NCBI GenBank assembly: GCA_964106645.2
Contig: OZ067049.1
Length of the DNA stretch: 64,000 bases
Source of the DNA: Podarcis pityusensis
Lineage: Eukaryota
Strand: one strand, 5' to 3'
Shown here: positions 52,399-64,000 of the stretch, piece after piece
How the letters are laid out: every line of letters begins with the position of its first letter
How positions within the stretch are numbered: the first letter of the stretch is position 1
Notes under the pieces: generated by a model
Database searches by the model: none
What the model saw: only the letters and a program-made list of their open reading frames with translations
What the model was told of the DNA's origin: nothing
Made by a program: the position numbers and the translations under genes

Positions 52399-54504
52399 TA
52401 CATTGTGTGAATTTTGAAGGATTTTAATTTAGGGTCACCTCTCCGGAGGTGTGATATTAATGAAACAACCAAACCCAAGATATATTTTTCATGCTCTGTT
52501 AACAGAATTTTTGCTGGATAAAATCGCCAACATATTTTTAAGAAAGGCTATGGTGCAAAAGGTATCAGAGATGACTTAATTAATCCTTTCTCTCTCTTTT
52601 TTGCTTTTTCACAGTACACTTCTTTCTACCTGACAAATAAAGCACCTTTCCCCAAATATGCTTTGCAATGTTGTGGGTTGCTTTTGCATTTTATGTGGTA
52701 ATGCCCAGAGGCAATCTTGTTCAGCCCAGTAATGTTACTTCTGAATGCTGAGCTGGCAATTTCATTTCTGCTTTCAGCTAAGCTCAACCAATAGCTTTCT
52801 CCCAGACTGCTTAATTCAAAAAGTAGGAGTGAATTTTCAATCCCCAGAGAATTTTTTTCCCATCTGCAACTGCTAATGGAAACATGCCTCAGAGGCAGTA
52901 TAGCACAGCTGGGAATTTAGGCTTGTCTTCTCAAAGAAATCTGAGTACAAACCTATTTAGCTCCACACAGCATGTTTACTAAAAAGCATTGTACTGCCCA
53001 CAATGCAAAGGAATGTATGTGGATGGGCAAGCTAAAAATTACTTAATACAAAAACCCTATGAAAAATAGCAGTGGAAGCTAGTAAGGATTGTTTTTGTAT
53101 GTTGTTCCAGGTGCTAAAGTTGACCTTGCAGTGAACAGTAAAAAAAAAGGACATAACTTTTATTAATTTAGAGAATTTATATTCTATTGTTTGTAAGTGT
53201 GTTTACAATATGAGGAAGCATAAATTATGACACCTTTGCATGGAGTAACACTGTTTTGGTTTCAGAACTAAAATGTTAGTTATGTGTTATGGTTTTGCTG
53301 TATAATTGGTCCGGTTCATATTTCTGAAGCACCCAAAGAAATATGTATCCTAATACATGACAAACAATTCTGAGTAGAATAGAGTTAAACAGGGATATGG
53401 TTTTCCAGATATTGTTGAATTATAGCTTTCATCAACTCTAGCCATTGGCCATGCTGATTGGGGCAGATGGGAGTTGGAATTCAGCAACATCTAGAGGGCA
53501 ACAGGTTTTCCACTCCTGGACTAAAAATGGCTCATGACTCTTTTACACCAGGCAAGGAGAGAATGAGAGGGAAGGAGAGAAGAGAGAAAGAGAGAGAGAG
53601 ATTTTCTAAGAGAAGCAGATTAAAAAACAGAACAGATGAGAAGCAGTATCATGGAAACAGGAAGCCAGATAATGGGTATTATAGGAGAGAAGAGATAAAA
53701 CCTACCAATGTAAGAAGTGAAAATTTTCATGTAACACAATTTCTTAAATATTAGAGGAGCAGCATAATGAGCCATTATATAGAGGTGAGGATCAGGGATG
53801 TGAATCCTTGTGCTGAGCTTATTAAACCACCATGCAGAGGGATACTAGAGTTGCCTCCATTCTTGCTGCCCTGATCCCATTGCCAATTGTAGAAAATAAA
53901 TTTAAGGAATATCTACAGTGTGCTAAAGTAGGCCAGTTTAAAGAAGGATAACCCTCATGGAAGAAAATAACATTTTACATTTACTGTTGGGCAACCACTC
54001 CTTCCCACCTTATCAGATCTTCTGAAATCTGGCAACAGCTCTATCAAAACTGTTTCCAGAAAGTGCCAAGGAAAAATCCCACATGAACCTGCAGAGGAAA
54101 AACCAATTTTGGAAGAAGAAGAACCACCGCTCAGAAACAACAGTGAGGTCCAGCTTGAGTTACGCATTGCAAATACCCATGTGCTTGAAGATCTCCTGTT
54201 GTAATAAATGAGATTGAAAACTGCTTGATTTCAGTAGGATCATGCCCAATGTTAATTATAATTATTGTCATCAACATCATCATCAAATCTATAATCACTG
54301 GGGGGAAAGCACTGATTCACTAAATCTGAAGTGCTTGTTGTGTATCCCAAACTGGTGATTATAACCATGATGTTCTGTCACTGAACATTACATAATGTCA
54401 ACAACAACCTTCAGAAATAGCCATGTTATCTTAGGCCTCTCAGTCTTTTTCAACTAAGAAGGTTGAGTGCTTGCTTTGAATGCAGAAGGGTCTAGACTCT
54501 AGGT

Positions 54505-54750
54505 CAGGGGTCAGCAAACTTTTTCAGCAGGGGGCTGGTCCACTGTCCCTCAGACCTTGTGGGGGGGATGACTATATTTTTTGGGGGGGAATGAATTCCT
54601 ATGCCCCACAAATAACCCAGAGATGCATTTTAAATAAAAGCACACATTCTGCTCATGTAAAAACACACTGATTCCTGGACCGTCCGCGGGCCACATTTAG
54701 AAGGCGATTGGGCCGGATCCAGCCCCCGGGCCTTAGTTTGCCTACCCATG
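54505..54750. mobile_element. hAT-Charlie MITE
   Basis: TIR caggggtcagcaaact ... agtttgcctacccatg; perfect 8-bp TSD CTCTAGGT at 54497-54504 and 54751-54758. Confidence 0.92.
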
Positions 54751-56809
54751 CTCTAGGTTAATTCTCTTGTTTAAAAGATCACAGGCAGCCAAACAAAGAA
54801 ATACAAGCCCTTGGAAAACCACTGCTAGTGGGCTACATGGATTAATAGACTGATTTGGTGTAAGGCACCTTCTTATATGTTCACAGTGCAATAAATTCTG
54901 TGCACTGATCTGGACATCGGAAATTGGGTAAAGAAAGGCTTCTGTGTTTGTGTGTATAACTTTTCAAGCAAACCTCACAAAGCAGTTTACATAAAAATGA
55001 CAAAACAATAAGACCCGGTTTATAACTATATCATCTACAATATCGTTTGAAAAGTTGTTTGCTTGTTATGCCAAATTTGCAATATGGTTCCTGAGATCAA
55101 GAAGCAGGTTTTCATCTATCTTTGGATACAATTGGATGCTGTTTTGAATCAAGATGGCAAGCCTAACCTTCCCAAACTGCATTGGTTTTAACCATTAATG
55201 TGTGAATTATTGTTGTTTCTTGGAATGCTTGAGTAACAGCAGGCACAGGCTACAAGGTGGGGAGAAACTTTTAGAAGCTGGGACTCCCATCAGGGCAAGA
55301 TGGTTCATGAATAGCCCTATGGTGGCAGCTGAAGGAGGAATAGACCACCGTCAGTTAGAACATTTGGGAATTAGATGGTGGGCAGCTTTCCAGGCTATTC
55401 TATCTTCTCTCCTTTTCTCCATCCTTTGAAGGAAGGAGTAGAATACCAGGATTCCACCTCTACTGGAATACCAGGAGCTAGACTGAAACTAGCTACATAT
55501 ACAGCTTCTCTCTTTTTTTAAAGTAGATTTCCTTATTTTTGTATAATGTGAACGTGGTGTATTTATTTGTAAAATCTTTATACACCACCTTCCAGCCTTT
55601 AAATGGGGGCACCAGGGCAACAAATACCTTAATAGTGCTTGAGAGAAAGAACATCTTAAAACAATTATTTCATCAAAAGCAGAGGATTAAAGCCTCATTT
55701 TAAAACCTGCAGAAGTTCAGCAGAATAAGTGTCTTGGCTGCCTGCCTGGAAACAGTGAAGGACAGCGACAGCAAACCCTCCCTCAGGAGAGAGTGCCTTA
55801 ATCGGGAGTGCTGTCACTGAAAAAGTCCTGCTTTGGGTCTCCTTTTATGGCAGAGTAAGGCTCCAGATAATAGGCTGGTTCACATGGTATATTTGTAAAC
55901 TGCTTTGACACTTATTTTTTTTAAGCGGTATATAAATTTTATGAAATAAATAAATAATAATATTTGCAGCTGAACCTGCGGTAGAAATTATCTGAATTAT
56001 GATGACAAGTATAATGTGAAAAATTTGTATTCTGTCTTTGTCTTTAGCTTGACAAACGAACTCTCGAACCCTTCATAACTAATTAAGATAGTAGGGAATT
56101 CTAACAGTATCCTAATGAAGGAAGGTTCAACATTAACAATGATTCATAGCACCATGTCTCTGCAGTGCCTTTGATCTTCTGAGCATGTCTCAAATGTTAA
56201 CTAATCAATTAGGGTACTTTAAGATCATATTTGCAGGGGAGCTAAGAAGTTTGAAAATATTTTGACTCATGTATTAATTATCATTATTACTTACCTGCCC
56301 TTCACCCTAAGGTCCCAGGGCAGGTTAAAACAATTTAAATATAGCTTTAAACAGTTTTAAAAGTTACAATTAAATATACAGTTTGAAAAGAACAACCATA
56401 TGAAGTGGCTTTGATAAAAAAATTAATTGCAAAATTGTTCTTTCTGGTGTTATAGAAACAAACCCTGCTCCTTTTCCCTTATGGGGTATCCAAGAGACCA
56501 TATAAATTCCTTAAGTGGGTTCCCTATCAGTAGGAGAAAATAACAGAGGCTAGCCAGAGTATATTGAGAATTAAAGCGGCAACAGGGTCCCCACACGCAG
56601 GAGGGAGGAGAACCCAGAACAATGGTGCGCAAGCCCTTATATAGACTTTTGAAATTGCCCACTCTGTAGCTCAAGACCACTCCCAAAAACATCATACATA
56701 CATCAAAGAAGAAATCCTGTCTGCCAGGATATCTGTTAATGGTCACTGATTGCTTTACCTGAGCAGCCTAGCCATTCTTTTGTGATGGTAAAAACTTTTA
56801 GTTCCTGAA

Positions 56810-57050
56810 TCAGCTCCCGTGTACCACGTGTACCACGCTAAACCGGCATGGAGCAGAGCATGGACTGCCTTCCGTGACGCTGGCCGGCTTCCCATTGGCT
56901 GCAGAAAGCTCCTGCAGCCAATGGGAAGCTGGGCACGCCTCCTCCGCGCTGGAAGGAGCACCGGAAATAGCGTTTGCACACCCTCCGGCCCACCGCGGCG
57001 TCTGTGGGACCGTGAACCGGCCCAAGCCTCAAAAACTTTGCCAACTCCTG
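56810..57050. mobile_element. hAT-Charlie element, one end only; related to 54505-54750
   Basis: End tctgtgggaccgtgaaccggccc...aaaaactttgccaactcctg is the reverse complement of the 54505 terminus pattern; CpG-rich. Confidence 0.7.
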
Positions 57051-59234
57051 GTCAAAATGGTTTGGGAGAGTCAAAATGACTTCAGGATTGCTCTCCTGTA
57101 CTATTTCAGAAACGTCGTTCATATACTTATGTATGTGTTTGCCTTGTACATCTATGAACGTTTATTCTATATTTGGGACCTTAGAATTCTTATAAGACTG
57201 GGAAACAGAAATCTAATGGGACACTCTTTAAAATTCATTTTTGCTGTTATACAACAGTTTTTAAAAAAATGAGAAAATGACTATGAAAGCTCAGGTTTAT
57301 CTAAAATCTAAAAGCATAAGGATCTCTCATTATTGCTGGAAAGAGGCCTTGTGCCTACCTAATGCTGTTCTGAAACAAAACAAAACAAAAAAAGAGCAGA
57401 GCAAAGCGAAGCAAAACAAAACAAAGACTCTGTTTCCAAGAAGGGCATTATTTACACCCCAAGTTTACAAGATATGTAGCATTGCCTGGAAAATAACTAA
57501 CCCATAAGTTTATTTTAGAGAAAATAGTAGTTTTAGACCTTGCTATTATTCAATGTGTGTGTCCAGACCACAGAATAATACCTCAGGAATGCAGCACATA
57601 AATAGCTTATCAACAAGACCAGAGAAAAGAAAAAGCATTAACCTACATGTTATTCTGCAAATAAAACCACAGTCACAATTCTTTGCAGTATTTCTAACAG
57701 AAACTCTGAATTGCAAAGACCCGAAGAAATAAATTCTTAGAACGGGAGTTTTCGCAGACTTCAGAATGCAATATTTAATTGTAGCATATATGAAAAACTG
57801 TACCAGAACTAGTTTAACTATGTTAAAGTATACAGTTTAGTTTGCTCCCATAAGTTTCCCAGGACAGGCGGTGGCAGGGATGGTCAGAGGTGTTCTGCAA
57901 AGTGCTCAACACAGCACAAAACTGCCAGGTGAAACAACTGCTGCTACTCCCATCTCTGCTAACTAAACTAACAGAATGCTTCTGGGTTCCTACTATGCGA
58001 ATTGCAGTTCAGCGTTCTCCGTATTGTCTTCCTATATTCTGTTTCGCTTTTCAGTTACCTGAGTTGTGGCTCCCCCACTCCACGTCCCCACGCCCAATTA
58101 AAAAGAATTGCAGTAGCATAGTGAGTACAGAAAAGTACTACTGAAACTTTTAACGGCTCCTGTGCCTTTAATTAAAAGTCTACCGTTTACAGGCCTTGAC
58201 CTTTCTATTGCTTTGTGTTGATAGTGGTGGAATGATTAGTGGTAGTTTCTTAATTGCTCCGCTGTTCATTCCTGTTCCTCTTGGGGACAGCACTTTTGCT
58301 ATTAGTTCCTTAGCATTACTTTTTTTCTGTTCAGTTTTAGATCAAAATTTACTGTGAAAAATGTGACGAGATAGAGATAGGAAATAGCCAAGTAAAGCTT
58401 TTGTTACCTCCAGAATAAGGGGGGGGGGGGCGTATTCAAGGGACATTTACAAGACCATTCATCACTAATTCTGAAACCTTCATTCACAGGAAGCAACAAA
58501 AGGAGCATGACCAGCAAAAAAAAAGAATATATTTTTAGAAACTGCTCCCCCCCTAAATTTCTGAGCAATACTATCAGTAGAACAATGCATTGTTTAATAT
58601 TGAAGTATTTAAACCAGCAGCAACTGTAATTCTGTTTTCTATTTTTTAAAAAATGAAAAGGAGAAAAATATATTTAATCAATATATTTAATCAAACTTAA
58701 AATAACAAAATAAAATAACGAAGTAACTTTTTGGCAGTGGCAGAGACAGATGGAAGGATACCTCCACATTTTCTCCAGAAGAGCAAATTAGGAGGTTGGA
58801 TCGCTCTGCAACGCCCCAACAATTGAGTATGATGTAATGAAGTCTTCAGTGGGCATGTCTCAAGAACAATTCCCAGTCATAATTAACACTGGGCAGTACC
58901 TTTGCTTAATGGACATTATTTGTGAGTTATGATTGCATAAAGATCTCAGCCATGGGGAAAGGAATTGCTGGATAATGTAGTGCTGTGTGGAAACTCCATT
59001 TCACTCTCAGCCAATTAAAGGGAAAGCTGCAACCACAGTAATGACTGGTATCATAAATATTGGGGGGTGGGGTGGGGTGGATTAATTGTGATCCTAGCCT
59101 TCTCTGCATTAGTGCTTAATGAATCATTTCACTAAGTTTAAAGTGACTTTGTAAATTATTGTTGCCTAAAGAGTTTTACTGGTAATCTTTGCTTCATGAT
59201 TGAATTCTCAATCCCATAGAACAAAATACAGGCG

Positions 59235-59265
<31 letters not shown>

Positions 59266-60021
59266 TTTATTTGCATTAGCCACTAGCCACAGCAATAAAA
59301 TAAAATGTGATATACTGATGATGGAGCTAAATGCTTAGCCACACAAAATGTGTTCTAGAGGTTTACATCAATACAAATGACAGAATTGATACATCCCACC
59401 CCACCCCCCTTGCTCACAACTGATTTGCGTGTGACCGCATATATACACAGCATCAGGAAACAATTAAATAATTTACTTCATACCCAGAAATGGAGGGGGA
59501 GAGCTGGAGAGTCCTTCACCTCACAAGGAGACCCTTCCAAGAGCCCAAAGAGGACTTCATTGAGGGCCAAGACTGGAGGCACAGCAGGCTTTTGTTTAGG
59601 CTGCTCAGCTTCCCCGCCTAACAGCTGGTGTGTGAGGCAGCGCAGAAGCAGCAGCAGCTGCCGCTTTCCCGTGTATCCTCTAGTCTCCTGCTAGCCCTAG
59701 AGCTTCAATTCCAGTTGTGGATATCTTTCGTGCAGTATTACTGATCTGGATTGCAGAGGGAGAGTGGCAGGGAGGGGCATTTAGGGCTGCTTCCCCCTTA
59801 TGCGATTTTCACTTCTGCTTGTGGGGTGTCGGAATGCAACCTCTGTGTAAACGGGGAGTTGCCTGAATGAAAAAGGAAGAAGCTGGGTGTTATTTTTCAT
59901 ATGAGATCAATAAGTTAGTAAATTCAGCCTGAACTAACTAACTAGTTAACTCAGGCTCCTGATTAGGACCATATCTGCTATGTTTCAGCATCAGGTGTTC
60001 CTGGACTTTACACTTATGATC

Positions 60022-60198
60022 ACAGGAAGTTGCTGAATACCTAGTCAGACTATTGGTCCATCCAGCAGTATTGTCTACACTGACCGGCAGTGGCTGTCAT
60101 AGGTTTTAGACAAGACTCTTTTTCAGCTCTTTCTGAAGGTCCTAGAAATTAATCTCGAGCCTTTTGGCAAATCACCTGCTCTGACGCTGAGCTATGAC
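60022..60198 (-). mobile_element. Degenerate tRNA-derived squamate SINE (Squam2-like)
   Basis: aggaagttgc...agtcagactattggtccatc...tattgtctacactgac...gctgagctat. Confidence 0.55.
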
Positions 60199-61708
60199 TC
60201 TTCCTTTGAAATGATGCTGTTCCCACTTGGTCTTGTGAAGGCCATTATATTAAATGCAGGTAATGTACACAGAATTGTTTACATTTGTGGCCCATATATT
60301 TTATTTTCTTCAAGTGTCTAATGCATAATGCATGAAACGGGCGGGGGATCTTGATCTTGAATTTTATGCTTATGTTATCATAGATTTTTCTTCTTCCTGT
60401 GGCATTGAAGGCTTTTATCATCTGGCACCAACAAGAAGAGAATAAGGCCTCGGGAATATTTAGAATCACTTCAAAGACAACAAGCCCAATGCTTTAAGAA
60501 AATTGAGGCTGACATAATTGCTGTAGGCAAAGGCAAGAGCCAATGAAGTGTTGGCAATACTGCTGAACCACCAGCAAATTCTGCGTCCTGAGAAATGCTT
60601 TGATAAACAAATTTGGAGAATACTCTTTCCTCCTGCGCATCTGTTTTATGGCTGACAAGTAGATGCTCTGTGTGGAAAAGTCCATTATTGAATGCTGCCT
60701 CCCTTCCATATACACGCAGCCACCACTTTACAAACACAATGCATTGCCTGGAAATCATTTGTTAGGCGAGCTTAACGAGTCAATGATTTCCGTTTATTCC
60801 TACAGGAAGATTTTCTAATGCATTCCCCACCATGGGATTTTGAACCCAAAATGCAGGGAGAAGCCCAGGAAAATCCCATTAAAAATGCTCTCTGGTTTGT
60901 CTGATTGCTCCACCTCCCTTTCTCCCTTTGTTCCTCAGCCAATCAGCAAAAGGCAAACTAGGAAGTAAAAAATGTTTTCTGTTCAGACATCTGAATCTGC
61001 AGTGCGTATCTTGAGGTTTGGGTCCTGATTCCTTGTGTTTGGAAAAGTGATTTTTTTAATATATTTTTTTGCATATCAAACCTTCATAAGGCAGGACCTA
61101 TGTGTCGTTTAAGAACATGCAAAGGACTGTTTCCCGCTCTATCGACAATCCTTCCCTGTTCATTGTGGAGGAGGAGCAGATTTGCTTCAGCTGTTCAGTG
61201 TAAAGGCTGAAGACTGGCAGGAGCTCCAATGCACCAGAGTTGCAATTTCAGCTGAGTTTGGGGGAACTGCTTGAAGTATCCATTGTGTTGAGCTATTTCA
61301 ATTGCTTTTGTTTGATTTGCTCATTGCAAACAGCTGAAAGACTGTAAATTTTGCTAATAAGCCTGATTTGCAATGGAGGTTCAATAATTTCAATTGCAAC
61401 TGTATTTGCTGTACATCTTTTAATATGTAATATATGAAGCAATGCCTAAGACTTCAGACTTACGTTCATTCACTGTACACATTATGAGGTCCACTTGCAC
61501 AGTAAAAGTCAGTCTAGCGTCCTTGCTGATATCTTTTAGGTGCCAATTGTAGACTTGCCTTTCCCTACAGGCCTGAGCTAATTCTGTGCTGTTGTTGGTG
61601 TGCTTCTGAAGCTTCCTATGGCTGTTGTGTGAGGCTGTTTTTGGTACGGCATATGAAAAAGCACTAAAGTTTTAGGCGATCTTTTCTTTCCCCTCCCCCT
61701 CCCTCATG

Positions 61709-61853
61709 TAGAATTGTAGAGTTGGAAGGGACCCTGCGGTTCATCTAGTCCAACCCCCTGCTATGCAGGAATATGCAGCTGTCCCATACAGAGATTGAGC
61801 CTGCAACTTTGGCATTATCAGCACCACACTCTAACCAACTGAGTTATCCAGGT
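61709..61853 (-). mobile_element. tRNA-Ile-derived SINE with CR1 tail
   Basis: Minus strand taactcagttggttagagtgtggtgctgataatgccaaagttgcaggctcaatctctgtatggg follows vertebrate tRNA-Ile; then acagctgcatattcctgcatagcagggggttggactagatga...cccttccaactctacaattcta. Confidence 0.85.
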
Positions 61854-62010
61854 GGTATAATGCATTTATGTTTATGTTTTTAAATGTAAGTGGCTTGGAA
61901 ACCTTTTGGGTAACAAGCAGCTAATAAGTTTAACTCATGATAATTGAGTCACTTTGGGTTGCCCTGGGCAAGATAAAGTGACTAGCAAATTTAATGAATA
62001 GTAATAATTA

Positions 62011-62473
62011 AACCATATAGTTAAAGCTATGGTTTCCCCAGTAGTGATGTATGGAAGTGAGAGCTGGACCATAAAGAAGGCTGATCGCCGAAGAATTGAT
62101 GCTTTTGAATTATGGTGCTGGAGGAGACTCTTGAGAGTCCCATGGACTGCAAGAAGATCAAACGTATCCATTCTGAAGGAAATCAGCCCTGAGTGCTCAC
62201 TGGAAGGACAGATCCTGAAGCTGAGACTCCCATACTTTGGCCACCTCATGAGAAGAGAAGACTCCCTGGAAAAGACCCTGATGTTGGGAAAGATGGAGGG
62301 CACAAGGAGAAGGGGGTGACAGAGGACAAGATGGTTGGACAGTGTTGTTGAAGCTACCAGCATGAGTTTGACCCAACTGCGGGAGGCAGTGGAAGACAGG
62401 AGTGCCTGGCGTACTCTGGTCCATGGGGTCAACGAAGAGTCGGACACGACTAAACAACTAAACAACAACAACA
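62011..62473 (+). mobile_element. 5'-truncated Bov-B LINE
   Basis: PVVMYGSESWTIKKADRRRIDAFELWCWRR...; (CAA)n tail; TSD AATAATTA at 62003-62010 and 62474-62481. Confidence 0.94.
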
Positions 62474-62481
62474 AATAATTA

Positions 62482-62576
62482 GACTTAATTTCAGGTTCAT
62501 GGGTCCTAGCCCCACGTTGGGAAAAGATTCCTGCATTGCAGTGGATTGATGACCTTTGTACAATTCTATGATTCTA
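62482..62576 (+). mobile_element. Truncated tRNA-Lys/CR1-tail SINE
   Basis: cttaatttcaggttcatgggtcctagccccacgttgggaaaagattcctgcattgcag...attctatgattct. Confidence 0.7.
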
Positions 62577-63730
62577 ATTTATATAGATAGATGATAGTAA
62601 ATCCCATTGAATACAGTGGGAGTTATTTCTGGGCAGACATGTATAAGACTGGCCTTCAGGAAAGAGGGTACATCTTAGCTATGGCAGCTTGTGTTTTGAT
62701 TGAAGAAGACTCTAGAGGGCAGTTCACTTCTATTAAAATACTGTGCAAAACAAATTTCCTTAACTTTGCTACCATTGTTTATTATTAGAATAAATCTTGT
62801 GGATGGGAAACACTTTCTAGATATGTGAAGACATGCAAAATAAAAACTATTATCACATTTTTATTAAATAATGTCTGAATCCTTTAGTGTAAAGGGTAGA
62901 AGCAGAAAAATTACCAACCATCCAAAATATTTCATTCAGTTCGAATCCATGCTTTTTAAAGCATGCCAATCAACAATACTATGTTGGCATTTTAGCAAAT
63001 AATAATCTTTCCCTAATCTTTGCAACCCTGAGGACAGGAGTTGTAACTATTTTTGTTGAGTGCTGAGTTCGCATGTTAGATAAATAAAGCATCCTTACAA
63101 TAATAGTTATTATACGCATAATCAACATGCTGGTTCTTGAGTGTGCTGCTCTCCAACCCAACATCTGCACTAAGAATGTGTACAGATAATTCAGATAGCG
63201 GATTCCGTGCTTTGGGGGTGGCATTTGGCCAAAAGGGAATTAAGCCCACTACAGAGCACATATTTATAAAAAGAAATATCTTCTTTTAGTGCTAGTGTAG
63301 CAGTGTGGAACTGTGAGGACTGCACAGCCTGTGCTGGTCCAAATCCACTAAAAACCACAGTATGAATATGTTGGGGGACAGGCAAGGACAAATCACTGCA
63401 AGACAGGGCGTTTGTCTTTGAGAACTGGATAACCTTCAAGACTACCATCTGGATATAACCAAGGGCTGTTTTGGGGTCAGGCACAGAGGGCACGTGGTTG
63501 AGAACTAGGTCTTCTTGTTCCTAAGAAGAACAAGTAATCTTCGCCACCTTTCTCCAGTTTGCATCAAACTAGAATTGAGTGGTTGGTGCAGATGAGCAGG
63601 GGTCAATCTGCTATGAAACTAATAAAGGTTAAGCTTCAAGGCCTCTAATCCTGAGAGGGTCCCAGAAGAGACCCTTTATTCCACATTTTGGGGTCTAGTA
63701 CACCCAATTTGAGTCACATAACTCAATTTG

Positions 63731-63773
<43 letters not shown>

Positions 63774-64000
63774 CAACAAATCCCAAAGTTTGAGGCAGTA
63801 GCACAGATGTTGCAAAGGTGGAGTGTCACAGTAAGTTATCAGTTCAAAGAATATTTGCACCTTAGGAAATCCCAGAACATAGAAGAAAACACACTACCTA
63901 AAATGCAATGTGAATAAATTATTCAGCTTATTTGTGAACAACACCTGACTGAAGTGTTCCCGGATATATTACTACTGCACTTAAGGTGTCTATCATGTGC

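Noticed and set aside
55555-55960. Further L2/SINE-tail-like remnants
   Set aside because: Too degenerate to assign family or boundaries by eye.

Overview
Vertebrate genomic DNA from a squamate reptile. The Sauria SINEs, Bov-B, CR1/L2 LINEs and tRNA-CR1 SINEs suggest a lacertid lizard (inference). The only host gene supported is the CpG-island promoter and 76-nt first coding exon (16007-16082, +) of an ELK-subfamily KCNH potassium channel. KCNH8 is most likely; KCNH4 has the same N-terminal peptide. No exon 2 was found, so the remaining ~48 kb is intron 1. The rest is transposable-element-rich: one full-length Bov-B with an un-frameshifted ORF, three Bov-B 3' ends, several Sauria SINEs, L2/CR1/L1/Penelope fragments, a solo LTR, and many hAT and Tc1/mariner MITEs with clean TSDs. 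The most unusual structure is at 47657-48554. It is a TSD-bounded Sauria SINE that has taken up ~515 bp of sequence copied, inverted, from the flank of another Sauria SINE 23 kb away (24360-24884). Also notable: a fossil BED-finger hAT transposase invisible to the ORF track, two coupled uORFs (TGATG) ahead of the channel start codon, and a candidate REST/RE1 site. No novel protein-coding system was found.
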